Source: Candidatus Kuenenia stuttgartensis
Lineage (GTDB): Bacteria; Planctomycetota; Brocadiia; Brocadiales; Brocadiaceae
NCBI RefSeq assembly: GCF_900232105.1
Contig: NZ_LT934425.1
Coordinates: 2,610,001-2,642,000, forward strand
Length of the DNA stretch: 32,000 nucleotides
Reading direction: 5' to 3'
The notes beneath the pieces were generated by a model, which saw only the letters and a list, made by a program, of their open reading frames with translations, made no database searches and was not told the DNA's origin. The position numbers were made by a program, and so were the translations under genes. Position 1 is the stretch's first letter; each line of letters begins with the position of its first letter. Below, piece by piece: positions 1 to 9,404 of the stretch.

Positions 1-1656
1 TTACCTCTTCAGATTTTTTATATTTTCCATAACTTCATCGGCATCTGGCGCTTCGGGATTAAGCTTTAAGTAGGTTACATAATCTTTTAATGCTTTTTCT
101 TTACATGCTAAATCGCGGTGAGTATTTGCACGATGAAGATATGCAAGGGGATTGTAAGGAAAGAGTTCTATGGAGGTATTAAGATCCGAAATGGCTTCAG
201 AAGGCATTCCTAATATTTTTTTTACAAGTGCACGTTCATAATAAACACCTGCAAGCATTGGTTTCAATGCTATCATTTTGTTAAAATCTTCAAGAGATTC
301 CCTGAAACGCCCGCTTCCGCGATACGCCTTTGCCCTTATGTAATATGCAAAGGCATTTTCAGGAACAGATTCAATAAAGGTAGTTATGTCCTGTATCGCC
401 TCTTCGTAACGCATTGCATCGGCATGAAGGATGCTTCTTTTCATGTAAATATCTACATTGCCCGGATCAAGTTCCAATGCCTTATTAAAATCGTTTAACG
501 CCTTTTCCGGTTCATTTGATTCGGCGTATGCCAGTCCCCTCGCTGCGTAAGCAGGGGCATATGCCGGATCAAAAGTTATCACCATGCTTAAATCGTGTAT
601 TGTTGATTCTATTTGTCCAATTAAATAGAATGCGATGCCTCTGTTATAATACGCCAATTTTGAGCCGGGGTCTAATGATATTGCCTTGTTATAATCCATT
701 ATGGCAGTATCAATATTTTCCATTTTGGCGTGATATGACCCCCGGTTATAATACGTCGACGCATAATCCGGATTCAAATCAACCGCCCTGTTATAGTCTG
801 CTATTGCCAGTTCATTATTGCCAAGTTTTTCGTGGAGTACGCCCCTGTCACAAAAAGCAACTGCATCGGTATCGCGCAATGCCATAGCTTTGTTCACGTC
901 GTGTAATGCATCTTTTAAATTGCCTTTTTGTTTTTGAACAAGGGAACGATTTAAATAAACACTGGCAAGCACCTCATCCACGGTAAGGTTTTTTAAATAA
1001 TATCCATTCACAATACTTTTTTCAGAGATAGCCTTTCCTGGAACGTTTATGTAATAACGATCCGGTATGGAAAGTCCGTTATAACCTGTCTCTATGTTTA
1101 TTTTATAACTTCCGTCATCATATCGCACAAACATATGTTCCGGCACACTTACTCCATATACCGGCAATTGAAGATTCTCTGCTATGCAAAGATACAGGAG
1201 AGATAATCCTACACAGTTTCCAATTTTATTGTCCAATACCTTATTTAGAAATATATATTCAATATCCCCCTTTTGTGTATATTTAAACCCGAATGTATCA
1301 AAAAGAATAGCATTTATCGTACTGATGATATACTCCGGCGTTTTATTTTTTCCTACAGATGTTTTTATGCTTTCACATATTTCATCTAATTGTTGAAGGT
1401 AATGTGTTTTGTCTATTCCCTGGCAGGATTCCGAGGCAATGTCAAGAATAATGCTTGCAATACCTTTTTTCTCCGGTTCGATTTCCCATACATGGTTAGG
1501 AATATGGTCATCTGCTGATACGTGAAAAGCAACGTTTCCCTTATCCGTAAAAAAGAAACCCTCATAGATTGCACAAAGAAGAAAACAAAGTAGCAGGGCT
1601 TTTTTAACGCTATGTTCCATAATCAATAGGCATGTTTGTTGATAAAGCCGCGCCAT
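1..1656 (-). CDS. Transglutaminase-like / tetratricopeptide repeat protein; true start probably ATG at ~1620 (MEHSVKKALL...)
   Basis: 551-aa ORF; signal-like N-terminus, region containing 'NKIGNCVGLSLLYLCIAENLQLPVYGVSVPEHMFVRY', followed by many TPR units (e.g. 'AYYNRGIAFYLIGQIESTIHDLSMVI'). The first 36 nt overlap the upstream gene. Confidence 0.85.
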   Translation of the reverse strand: MARLYQQTCLLIMEHSVKKALLLCFLLCAIYEGFFFTDKGNVAFHVSADDHIPNHVWEIEPEKKGIASIILDIASESCQGIDKTHYLQQLDEICESIKTSVGKNKTPEYIISTINAILFDTFGFKYTQKGDIEYIFLNKVLDNKIGNCVGLSLLYLCIAENLQLPVYGVSVPEHMFVRYDDGSYKINIETGYNGLSIPDRYYINVPGKAISEKSIVNGYYLKNLTVDEVLASVYLNRSLVQKQKGNLKDALHDVNKAMALRDTDAVAFCDRGVLHEKLGNNELAIADYNRAVDLNPDYASTYYNRGSYHAKMENIDTAIMDYNKAISLDPGSKLAYYNRGIAFYLIGQIESTIHDLSMVITFDPAYAPAYAARGLAYAESNEPEKALNDFNKALELDPGNVDIYMKRSILHADAMRYEEAIQDITTFIESVPENAFAYYIRAKAYRGSGRFRESLEDFNKMIALKPMLAGVYYERALVKKILGMPSEAISDLNTSIELFPYNPLAYLHRANTHRDLACKEKALKDYVTYLKLNPEAPDADEVMENIKNLKR

Positions 1657-3026
1657 AATGTAAGCCAGATAATCTTCAAATCAAATTTCATCGACCAATG
1701 TTCAATGTAGTATAGGTCGTATTTTATACGTTTTTCAAGGGACGTATTGCCGCGGAAACCGCAAACTTGCGCCCACCCGGTAATCCCCGCCTTCATTTTG
1801 TGCCGTAACATATATTTTGGTGTGGTATTTCTGAAATTCTTTATAAAAACAGGCCTTTCAGGACGCGGTCCGACAATGCTCATATCTCCCCACAACACAT
1901 TAAAAAATTGTGGCAATTCGTCTAAACTTGCCATTCGTAAGAATTTCCCGATTTTCGTACAACGGGGATCGTTTTTCTTTGTCCAGACAGGGCCGGTTTG
2001 TTCCTCCGCATTTATGCACATCGTCCTGAATTTAAGCAGGTTAAAAAGTCTTCCATCCAACCCCATCCTTTCCTGTTTATAGAAGACAGGCCCCTCCGAG
2101 GTGAGTTTTATTACTATTGCTATCGTTAACATAATTGGGGCTGCTACGACCAGCACAATGATGGCAAAAACAACATCCAATGTCCTCTTCAAAATAACAC
2201 TCCACCCGTAAAGTGGAGTATCGCGCAGGCTTATAAGGGGCATGCCCTCAAATTCACTAACATTTCCGCGTAATGTCACAAAATCAAAAAGATCTGGCAA
2301 AACCATGATCGTAACCATTTCATCGCCAATATGCTCTAATACCTCTTTTAATTGGTAATGTGAGTGAAAGGGCAATGTGATAAAAACAATATCAATATTA
2401 TGCCGTGTAATTAAATCACGAATATCAGAAAATTTACCTATAACTTCTATTCCGGAGATTTTTTTGCCGATAATGCTTGCGTCGTCCGACACAAACCCTG
2501 CTACCTGTATGCCCAGTTCCAAATGTTTTCTTAATTTGCCTGTAAGTTCTTGTCCCAGTTTTTCCGTGCCAACAACCAATGCGTACCTTTGGTTAAAACC
2601 TTTGTGCCGTATAAACCGCAAAAACTTTCTGAATATTACCCTTATAAAGCACAGGAATACGATGCTAATAATCCAAAAAAAGAGGAATATTACCCTGGAA
2701 AACTCATCCTGACGGAAAAGAAACGTTAGGGAAATGAGTATTAATGTTGCAAAGGTAGATGCCTTCACAATATCTATAATCTCTGATAATTTAGTAGAAA
2801 CCCGGCGGGGACGATATAAACCAAATGTCTTAAATACAATTCCCCAAAGGGGAATCATAAAAATTAATAAAATGATGTAATTTTTGAGAGGAGGTATACC
2901 CTTATACACAGGGATAATTTCAGCATAACAGCGTAAATAATACGCGGTTATCCATGAAACAGACAAGGCACACCAATCGGCAAGCAACAACAATGATTCA
3001 AAAAATTTGCTGTGTTTTTTTAGCAT
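1623..3026 (-). CDS. Undecaprenyl-phosphate sugar phosphotransferase / exopolysaccharide polyprenyl glycosylphosphotransferase
   Basis: N-terminal TM helices, CoA-binding-like middle, C-terminal bacterial sugar transferase signature 'KRTLDVVFAIIVLVVAAPIMLTIAIVIKLTSEGPVFYKQERMGLDGRLFNLLKFRTM...LRMASLDELPQFFNVLWGDMSIVGPRPERP'. Confidence 0.93.
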   Translation of the reverse strand: MLKKHSKFFESLLLLADWCALSVSWITAYYLRCYAEIIPVYKGIPPLKNYIILLIFMIPLWGIVFKTFGLYRPRRVSTKLSEIIDIVKASTFATLILISLTFLFRQDEFSRVIFLFFWIISIVFLCFIRVIFRKFLRFIRHKGFNQRYALVVGTEKLGQELTGKLRKHLELGIQVAGFVSDDASIIGKKISGIEVIGKFSDIRDLITRHNIDIVFITLPFHSHYQLKEVLEHIGDEMVTIMVLPDLFDFVTLRGNVSEFEGMPLISLRDTPLYGWSVILKRTLDVVFAIIVLVVAAPIMLTIAIVIKLTSEGPVFYKQERMGLDGRLFNLLKFRTMCINAEEQTGPVWTKKNDPRCTKIGKFLRMASLDELPQFFNVLWGDMSIVGPRPERPVFIKNFRNTTPKYMLRHKMKAGITGWAQVCGFRGNTSLEKRIKYDLYYIEHWSMKFDLKIIWLTLWRGFINKHAY

Positions 3027-3230
3027 AGGTAAGCACTACACCAAACTACCCTATTTGTTATTTTAAAAAAACACCCGCATTGCATAGAAAAAATTCTCAA
3101 ACCAGCAGGACTTATCTGTAAAAAATCCGTCACGTTACTCTATTGCTTGAGCAAAAAGTTTTAAAAGCAATGGGTTTTGTAAAAAAAACATCTTAATAGT
3201 GCAGCGTATAAATTCAGGCTATTTTGTGTC

Positions 3231-3656
3231 CTATACGTAAACAAGAGCCCCTGTTTTACACGCCTCAACACACGCCATCGTATCGAATCCCTTACAATCA
3301 TCACAATTAAAAGCGTATTTAAGTTCAGTATTTTTGGTAATGGCGCCAAACGGGCAAGCACTTACACACTCCCAGCACCCAACACATTTTGCGGTATCAA
3401 TTACAACATTTCCATCCTCATATTTTGTAATTGCCCCATACTCACAAGAAGCCATACACTTTGGTTTTGCGCAATTCTGGCACACCGTCATATATGGATG
3501 ATCTTTCCGGATAGACACTTGCAAGCGGTACTGCGATTTTGGATTTTCGGTAAAAGCATCATAAAGGTTTCGGGACGATGAATGCCTCACCGCACACTCG
3601 ATCATGCATTGTTTACACGTTACGCATTTGCTTTTTATAAATTTTTTTTTCAGCAT
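3231..3656 (-). CDS. 4Fe-4S ferredoxin-type electron transfer protein (CooF/HycB-like)
   Basis: Several CxxCxxC motifs: 'CVTCKQCMIEC', 'CQNCAKPKCMASC', 'CVGCWECVSACPFGAI', 'CDDCKG'. Confidence 0.85.
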   Translation of the reverse strand: MLKKKFIKSKCVTCKQCMIECAVRHSSSRNLYDAFTENPKSQYRLQVSIRKDHPYMTVCQNCAKPKCMASCEYGAITKYEDGNVVIDTAKCVGCWECVSACPFGAITKNTELKYAFNCDDCKGFDTMACVEACKTGALVYV

Positions 3657-3886
3657 AGGTTCATACTCCTGCGTTTGACAAGTTCATTAAACGGTTTCTC
3701 TACAATTTATCTTCATAAATAAGTCAACGTGGGGAGAGCTTCCTGAAACCATGGATTGCTCAGATAAAAATATCAATACTCTGTGAAATCAGTAGCTTCA
3801 ATCTTTTTTAATTGGTGGATAGTTTCTCCTCTCCAGTACAACGAGTATTTTATAATAGAATGATAAAAGCCGCAAACAAAATTCTG

Positions 3887-4300
3887 CTATGGTTGTTTTT
3901 CAGGGTCAACAATAGTAGGAGCGACTATCTTCTTCAGACCAGCCCCTTTAGCGGCATCCATTACGTCAATGACAAGTCCGTAGGGAACATTTTTGTCCAC
4001 CCGCAAAACAAGGGTCTTTTCCGTTTGTTGAGAAAAAGCCTTCTTCAATACCTGTATAAGTACTTTTCTTTCAACAGGTTCATTCTGGAAAAATAACCTT
4101 CCGTCACGGGAAATATTTAATACTTGTTCATCTACTTTGCTGGTTGGTGTGTGTTTTGTCGTGGGAAGTTCCAGTTGAATATTTGGCTGATCGATAAAGG
4201 TTGAGGTAACCAGAAAGAATAATAGGATAATGAACAACATATCCACCAATGGAGTAAGATTAATAAATGATTTTGAAGGAGTTTTTTCTCTGAATCTCAT
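3887..4300 (-). CDS. exbD: Biopolymer transport protein ExbD/TolR
   Basis: 'INLTPLVDMLFIILLFFLVTSTF' signature TM; 137 aa. Confidence 0.88.
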   Translation of the reverse strand: MRFREKTPSKSFINLTPLVDMLFIILLFFLVTSTFIDQPNIQLELPTTKHTPTSKVDEQVLNISRDGRLFFQNEPVERKVLIQVLKKAFSQQTEKTLVLRVDKNVPYGLVIDVMDAAKGAGLKKIVAPTIVDPEKQP

Positions 4301-4405
4301 TGTTTAATTACCAAATTTCTACGGGTTAGGGTTTGTAACCCGAAGCCCACATGTTTTCTATGGTTGATTTCTCTATCGCTCGCATAGAGTGTTATTAACT
4401 AAATT

Positions 4406-4433
4406 GTAGAGACGTATTGCAATGTGTCTCTAC
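4406..4433. repeat. Palindromic repeat GTAGAGACGTATTGCAATGTGTCTCTAC
   Basis: 28-bp near-perfect palindrome; shares GTAGAGAC...GTCTCTAC ends with elements at 8080-8166 and 17551-17579. Confidence 0.75.
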
Positions 4434-4496
4434 CCTTGTTCAGATTTTAAGCCCTAACCGTCGGAGTGCGCTGTCGCTTCTCTCACCTTAAATAAC

Positions 4497-4658
4497 TCAA
4501 ATTTTGGCTTTTTTCTCTTGAACTCGTTTCAAACAAGATGGGCTTTCGGATGCTTTTTTATACCATAGAGCGCGCTTATTCGATGCCTTTATTTCCTTAA
4601 AACCTTCTTCTTCCAGATGTTTTTTAATAGCATTTTCTTTTAATATTCTTTCAGCCAT
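4497..4658 (-). CDS. Small 53-aa hypothetical protein overlapping the end of the upstream 105-aa gene
   Basis: Read directly: MAERILKENAIKKHLEEEGFKEIKASNKRALWYKKASESPSCLKRVQEKKAKI*; starts inside the 3' end of the 4640..4957 ORF (19-bp overlap). Confidence 0.5.
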   Translation of the reverse strand: MAERILKENAIKKHLEEEGFKEIKASNKRALWYKKASESPSCLKRVQEKKAKI

Positions 4659-4957
4659 TTCTGATACCTTTCTTTGTAAAATTCGAAATTGTCTTTAATA
4701 TCCTTTATTGCCATCGTCAATGCCTGTCCGTTATCGAGGAAATCATACCAGATTTTTCTTGTAACTTTTCCATCTGTATTGAGAATATCTTTATGTGGAC
4801 AGCCGTGTCCACTATCATATCTAAGAATTTCATGCCATTCGCCTTCAAACGCGGACAAAAGCTTTACGACAAATTCTGTAACATATCCCTTTTCTGTTTT
4901 AAAGTGCACATAAACAATAGTTTTTTCTTCCAATTCCAAAAAATATTCTTTATCCAT
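4640..4957 (-). CDS. Uncharacterised 105-aa protein (possible toxin-antitoxin-like member)
   Basis: Good ORF 'MDKEYFLELEEKTIVYVHFKTEKGYVTEFVVKLLSAFEGEWHEILRYDSGHGCPHKD...'; overlaps a small downstream ORF. Confidence 0.65.
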   Translation of the reverse strand: MDKEYFLELEEKTIVYVHFKTEKGYVTEFVVKLLSAFEGEWHEILRYDSGHGCPHKDILNTDGKVTRKIWYDFLDNGQALTMAIKDIKDNFEFYKERYQKWLKEY

Positions 4958-5043
4958 ATTATCAAAGGAAATATTCCATTATTGAAATAATAATGTCGCA
5001 TTTGTTTAAATCAACAGTGCTTTTCCGCCGCTTATATAGCTTC

Positions 5044-5066
5044 TTTTCAAAAAACTAAAGTGTTAC
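5044..5066. repeat. Solo MITE end TTTTCAAAAAACTAAAGTGTTAC
   Basis: Matches the terminal inverted repeat of the elements at 7781-7933 and 30063-30273; no partner end located. Confidence 0.55.
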
Positions 5067-5078
5067 CAGTAAATAGCA

Positions 5079-5273
5079 TCAGGCATTTACCTCTACCTCA
5101 TAAATAGCGCCTTTGTTTTCCTCAGCAAGCATTGTTAAATATGTATGAATTGCATCTTTAATGTTTTCCAGAGCATCTTCTAAAGTATCTCCTTGGCTGT
5201 GGCAGCCATGGTAGATTGGACAATGCACATCATAGCCATATTCACTTTTATGCACCACTACCGGGTATTTCAT
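5079..5273 (-). CDS. HicB-like antitoxin-family protein, orphan
   Basis: 'MKYPVVVHKSEYGYDVHCPIYHGCHSQGDTLEDALENIKDAIHTYL' matches the HicB N-terminal fold pattern; no adjacent hicA seen. Confidence 0.8.
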   Translation of the reverse strand: MKYPVVVHKSEYGYDVHCPIYHGCHSQGDTLEDALENIKDAIHTYLTMLAEENKGAIYEVEVNA

Positions 5274-5315
5274 TTGTCAGCCCTCTTTTCAAAACAAAAT
5301 TAGTTTATGATTTTA

Positions 5316-5411
5316 CTATTCATCAGGTTTGTTGGCATTGCCATTAACTGGCACACGCGCCAAATACCACTATCCTTTTTTCCAGGATTCGATAATTAAT
5401 GGCAACTTCAT
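5316..5411 (-). pseudogene. Remnant of a second HicB-like antitoxin N-terminus
   Basis: Conceptual translation MKLPLIIESWKKG*WYLARVPVNGNANKPDE*; start resembles HicB family, with an internal stop and no C-terminus. Confidence 0.5.
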
Positions 5412-5515
5412 AAAATCTATCCTTTTTCTAAAGCTTGTTTTCGATGTATTGTCTTCCTTTAATTCTTTTCTGAAAAGCCCTTTTATTGTAACTCCAAACA
5501 AAAAATATCTTTTCT

Positions 5516-6121
5516 CTATACTTCGGGTGGATAAAGCTTGTTGAGAATAGTGAGGGAATATTCTTCTATTTCACGGACATAACCATCCACCTTCCTGTCA
5601 AAATAATTATATGCAACCAAAGAAGGAATTGCAATGCACAGGCCAAACACCGTTGTACGTATGGCAACCGCCAGGCCTCCGGCAAACGCCTTCGCATGTC
5701 CAAGTCCCAGTTCAGAGATAATGGCGAAGATATCTTCCAGCCCTAATACGGTACCCAGCAACCCCAGCAAGGGAGCGATTGCGGTAATAACCTCCAAAAG
5801 CCAAAGACGCTTTTCAAGCACCCTTGTTTCCTGCCTTCCCATGGCCTGGATATCAATAAACTTTTCTTCCCGCGAGAGGTGGTTATTCGAAAGAATACGC
5901 CGCAAAAGATTCGAAAAAGGGCCTTCTATTACCTCGCATTTTGAGATTGCAAACGGTATGTCTCTCGGGCTCTTTATTGCTTCTATTGTCTGTATTATTT
6001 CAGGTTTGAGTATCTTGTTCTTTCTTAAATTAATTGCCCGCTCCATAATAATTGCGAGTGAAAACACCGAACATACCAATAACGGTATCATTATCGGCCC
6101 TGCTCCCAATAGCCATTCCAA
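5516..6121 (-). CDS. exbB: MotA/TolQ/ExbB proton channel family protein
   Basis: 'RLWLLEVITAIAPLLGLLGTVLGLEDIF...FAGGLAVAIRTTVFGLCIAIPSLVAYNYF' signature. Confidence 0.88.
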   Translation of the reverse strand: MEWLLGAGPIMIPLLVCSVFSLAIIMERAINLRKNKILKPEIIQTIEAIKSPRDIPFAISKCEVIEGPFSNLLRRILSNNHLSREEKFIDIQAMGRQETRVLEKRLWLLEVITAIAPLLGLLGTVLGLEDIFAIISELGLGHAKAFAGGLAVAIRTTVFGLCIAIPSLVAYNYFDRKVDGYVREIEEYSLTILNKLYPPEV

Positions 6122-6157
6122 ATTACTATTCCTCCTGTTATGTATTTTTCTGAATAA

Positions 6158-7606
6158 TTAGAAAAAATAAAAATTAAACTTTACATTAATAGATGATTCC
6201 TTAATGTGTGAGGGAAAGGGGTCCAGCGGAGAAGCACTCTTAATAGAAGAAACAATACGCGAGGCAAGTTGAAAATTACCCGCATCCTCCACAATTTTTA
6301 CCCCTTCAATAGCACCATTTGGCAACACTTTGAATTCAATAATAATCGGCTTGTCTTTGTTCGTCACCAGGTTAATCTCTGCCCGTGTGCCATATCCCAG
6401 AAACCAATACAATGATATTCTCTGCCGGATATGTTTAAAATATGCTGCATACTTGTGTTGTTTAACGTTAAAAGACGGCGCCCCTGGAATTTCTGCATTA
6501 GACAGCGTATCTTCAAACAACACCGGATCATTGCCGGAGCCTTCATCCTTGGCAGCAACATTAAAGGAGGCCTTGGGCTGCTCCTTTTCAGCTACAACCT
6601 TCTGGCTTTCCCCGGTGGTTTCTCTTTTATTTTGCTGTGTAACACCGTATGTTCCTGCTGGCGGTGTAGTTACATGGTCTTTTCTCTCTTTTCCAGTTTC
6701 TTTCGTTATTTCACTTTTCCTTATGCCTTGCAATTCTTGCGGCTCTGGTAACAACTCGCCTTTTTCCACCTTTGACGCATTTTTAATATTCCTTGTTTCT
6801 TCCAGAACATGTATCCCCTCCTGGCGGGAAATTTTCTCGGGGAATCTTTCCTGCCTAACGCCGGCTTCTGCCGCTAACGTTTGTTTCTGCAGTTCTTTTC
6901 CATCGGTATCCGTCAGGGTAGTGGTTTTATCGGTTTCATCTGCCTTTCCCGCGGAGGGCACTCTTTTGTATTCTTTTACGTCAACCCTTTCCTGCTGCAT
7001 ACCTATGGAGTCAATTTGTTCTTTCTGAGGAGCTGGATTTTTTTCTGTCTGCCGAGATTCCTTGGCAGCATTGTTTTCTGCAACTCTCTCTTCCTTACTG
7101 CCAGGCTTTTCAACCGTTTTCTGCGCCTGGTTTTGCCGCTGGTCTTCAATGGAAATGCCCTGTTCGCCTTTTCCCAGCAAAGGAACCTTTGACTGTCCGC
7201 CTGCGTATGGTTCGTTGTTAAGCACACTTGTGTCATCCGGGTTTTTGCCTTTTGCGGAAGCCCCTTTTTCACCAATCCTGTCTGTTTCGGCGGAGGGTTC
7301 CTCTTCTTCTTTGTTTTGGGAAGTATCCGTAAACGTCTTATCCTTCTTCTCCTTTTCTAATAGGCTTTTTTCCTTCGATACTTCAGAAGCCGTGAGTTCT
7401 TTTTTATCGTCCTTACTTTCCAGGTCAAATGTAATTGTGAATTCATCCGGTTCACGCACAAAACTATCTCTGAGCGATCTGATGCTTAATAACTGATTTC
7501 CCTGAGGAGAAAAGAAAAAAAAAAGGCCATGGATTGCTACAGAAACAATAATAAGGAGGGCAAACAGGTATCTTTTATAAAAATCGGAAAGGTGTTTAAT
7601 GAACAT
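6158..7606 (-). CDS. TonB-like energy transducer with long charged low-complexity linker
   Basis: Single N-terminal TM, K/E/T-rich linker, C-terminal 'YFKHIRQRISLYWFLGYGTRAEINLVTNKDKPIIIEFKVLPNGAIEGVKIVEDAGNFQLASRIVSSIKSASPLDPFP' (TonB-C like); adjacent to exbB. Confidence 0.8.
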   Translation of the reverse strand: MFIKHLSDFYKRYLFALLIIVSVAIHGLFFFFSPQGNQLLSIRSLRDSFVREPDEFTITFDLESKDDKKELTASEVSKEKSLLEKEKKDKTFTDTSQNKEEEEPSAETDRIGEKGASAKGKNPDDTSVLNNEPYAGGQSKVPLLGKGEQGISIEDQRQNQAQKTVEKPGSKEERVAENNAAKESRQTEKNPAPQKEQIDSIGMQQERVDVKEYKRVPSAGKADETDKTTTLTDTDGKELQKQTLAAEAGVRQERFPEKISRQEGIHVLEETRNIKNASKVEKGELLPEPQELQGIRKSEITKETGKERKDHVTTPPAGTYGVTQQNKRETTGESQKVVAEKEQPKASFNVAAKDEGSGNDPVLFEDTLSNAEIPGAPSFNVKQHKYAAYFKHIRQRISLYWFLGYGTRAEINLVTNKDKPIIIEFKVLPNGAIEGVKIVEDAGNFQLASRIVSSIKSASPLDPFPSHIKESSINVKFNFYFF

Positions 7607-7780
7607 ATTATACCGTCACGGGTTAGCCGACAACAGTTTTAACGCAGGTATTAGGAGGAGATATAAAGCATAATAATCGTTTTTTTTATTCGTACTAAAG
7701 TTTAACGCACGCATATTTTCTTGTCAATATAATATAAGAGCCGTCCTTTCTGCGGTAAATAACTATCCTATTGATAATTT

Positions 7781-7933
7781 GTAACATTTTAGTTTTTTGA
7801 AAAAGTAGGGGGCGAAGCATTTGCCGCAAATTGTCATACATGCGTTCATACCCAAAACGGGCAAATGCTTCGTCCCTACACTGTGCGGCAAACATCGCTA
7901 TTATTGGAATTTTTCAAAAAACTAAAGCGTTAC
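7781..7933. mobile_element. MITE-like element, 153 bp, TIR GTAACRYTTTAGTTTTTTGAAAAA, flanked by 8-bp direct repeat GATAATTT
   Basis: Left end GTAACATTTTAGTTTTTTGAAAAA (7781-7804); right end reverse complement GTAACGCTTTAGTTTTTTGAAAAA; GATAATTT at 7773-7780 and 7934-7941; no ORF inside. Confidence 0.88.
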
Positions 7934-8079
7934 GATAATTTTCAAATTTTTTATTGAGAAAACCCCGTAAAGTCCATATAGTTATCCAAATTTGCGAAAA
8001 AGATAAATTACAGGTAGTATGTATTTTTACAAATTGTATGTTTTTAATAAATACAACGTTCAGGAATTTCAATATTCTT

Positions 8080-8166
8080 GTAGAGACGCATTGCATGCGT
8101 CTGGAAACTGCTGCGCGTGAATAAAATGTTGACAAAAACAGAGAGACGCATGCAATGCGTCTCTAC
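8080..8166. repeat. Inverted repeat pair GTAGAGACGCATTGCATGCGTCT / AGACGCATGCAATGCGTCTCTAC upstream of ychF
   Basis: 8080-8102 is the exact reverse complement of 8144-8166 (23 bp). Confidence 0.9.
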
Positions 8167-8187
8167 ATTTAAAAATGGGGATAAAAA

Positions 8188-9276
8188 ATGGGTTTAAACT
8201 GTGGTATCGTAGGTTTGCCAAACGTTGGGAAATCTACCATCTTTAATGCGCTAACATCTGCCAAGGCAGCATCTGCAAATTATCCCTTCTGCACAATCGA
8301 CCCCAATGTGGGTGTGGTATCGGTGCCGGATATACGTATGGATAAAATAGCGGAAATAATATCAACGGAAAAAATTGTCCCTACAATAGTTGAATTCGTT
8401 GACATTGCAGGACTGGTAAAAGGGGCAAGCAAGGGCGAGGGACTGGGGAATCAGTTTCTGGGACACATCAAAAACGTAAATGCCCTATTGCATGTAGTGC
8501 GCTGTTTTGAAAAAAGCGATACCATCCATGTGGAAGGTAGTGTTCACCCGGAAAGGGATATCGACATTATTAATACAGAACTGATCCTGGCGGATATTGA
8601 AACGGTAGATAAAAGATTAAACAGGAGCGAAAAACTAGCAAAGACCGGGGACAAAAAAAACCTGGCAACTATTGATGTTCTGAAAAAGGTTAAAAACTCC
8701 CTGAACAATGGCGTACCGGTACGGTTATTGTGTTTGACCGATGAGGAAAAAGCCGACATTGCAGACCTGCATTTAATCACGTCGAAACCCGTATTATATG
8801 TGGCAAATATCTTTGACATAGAACAGGACAAAAAATACATCGACACCATTACCGGGTTTTCAAAAAAAGAAAACTCCGGGTTTGTCGTCATTTCCGGAGA
8901 TATCGAATCTGAAATTGCGCAAATGGAACCTTCTGAAAGGAAGGCGTATTACGAAGAAATGGGGCTGCAGGAATCGGGACTCGAAAAGCTTATCCGGGAA
9001 ACATACCAATTACTGGGATTGATTACCTATTTTACCGCCGGGCCAAAGGAAATAAGGGCATGGACTATCCTTCAAGGCACAAAAGCGCCTCAGGCGGCAG
9101 GGGTAATCCACTCGGATTTCGAGCGGGGTTTTATCCGTGCGGAAATTTATAATTATAACGATCTTATCACCCTGGGTTCTGAACAAAAGATAAAAGAAAA
9201 AGGGCTTTTGCGGCTGGAAGGCAAAGACTACGTCATGAAAGACGGCGATATCGTTCATTTCAGATTTAATGTGTAA
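8188..9276 (+). CDS. ychF: Redox-regulated/ribosome-associated ATPase YchF (OBG family)
   Basis: 'MGLNCGIVGLPNVGKSTIFNALTSAKAASANYPFCTIDPNVGVVSVPD', 'FVDIAGLVKGASKGEGLGNQFLGHIKNVNALLHVVRCFE'; C-terminal TGS-like domain. Confidence 0.97.
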   Translation: MGLNCGIVGLPNVGKSTIFNALTSAKAASANYPFCTIDPNVGVVSVPDIRMDKIAEIISTEKIVPTIVEFVDIAGLVKGASKGEGLGNQFLGHIKNVNALLHVVRCFEKSDTIHVEGSVHPERDIDIINTELILADIETVDKRLNRSEKLAKTGDKKNLATIDVLKKVKNSLNNGVPVRLLCLTDEEKADIADLHLITSKPVLYVANIFDIEQDKKYIDTITGFSKKENSGFVVISGDIESEIAQMEPSERKAYYEEMGLQESGLEKLIRETYQLLGLITYFTAGPKEIRAWTILQGTKAPQAAGVIHSDFERGFIRAEIYNYNDLITLGSEQKIKEKGLLRLEGKDYVMKDGDIVHFRFNV

Positions 9277-9404
9277 CCTTTTTACCACCCATCATCTCCC
9301 CTCTAAAAAGAGGGGCCGGGGGGTGTGTCAATTTTTCGAAAACCTTATTTGTCTGACTATATTTATAATGAGAGGGTGCCGGCTTATGCTGGGGAGAGAT
9401 AGGG

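Noticed and set aside
5634-7496. Plus-strand ORFs antisense to exbB and the TonB-like gene (175, 232, 106, 103 and 144 aa)
   Set aside because: Composition is the mirror of the minus-strand coding sequence; no recognisable domains or ribosome sites; the opposite strand has strong calls.
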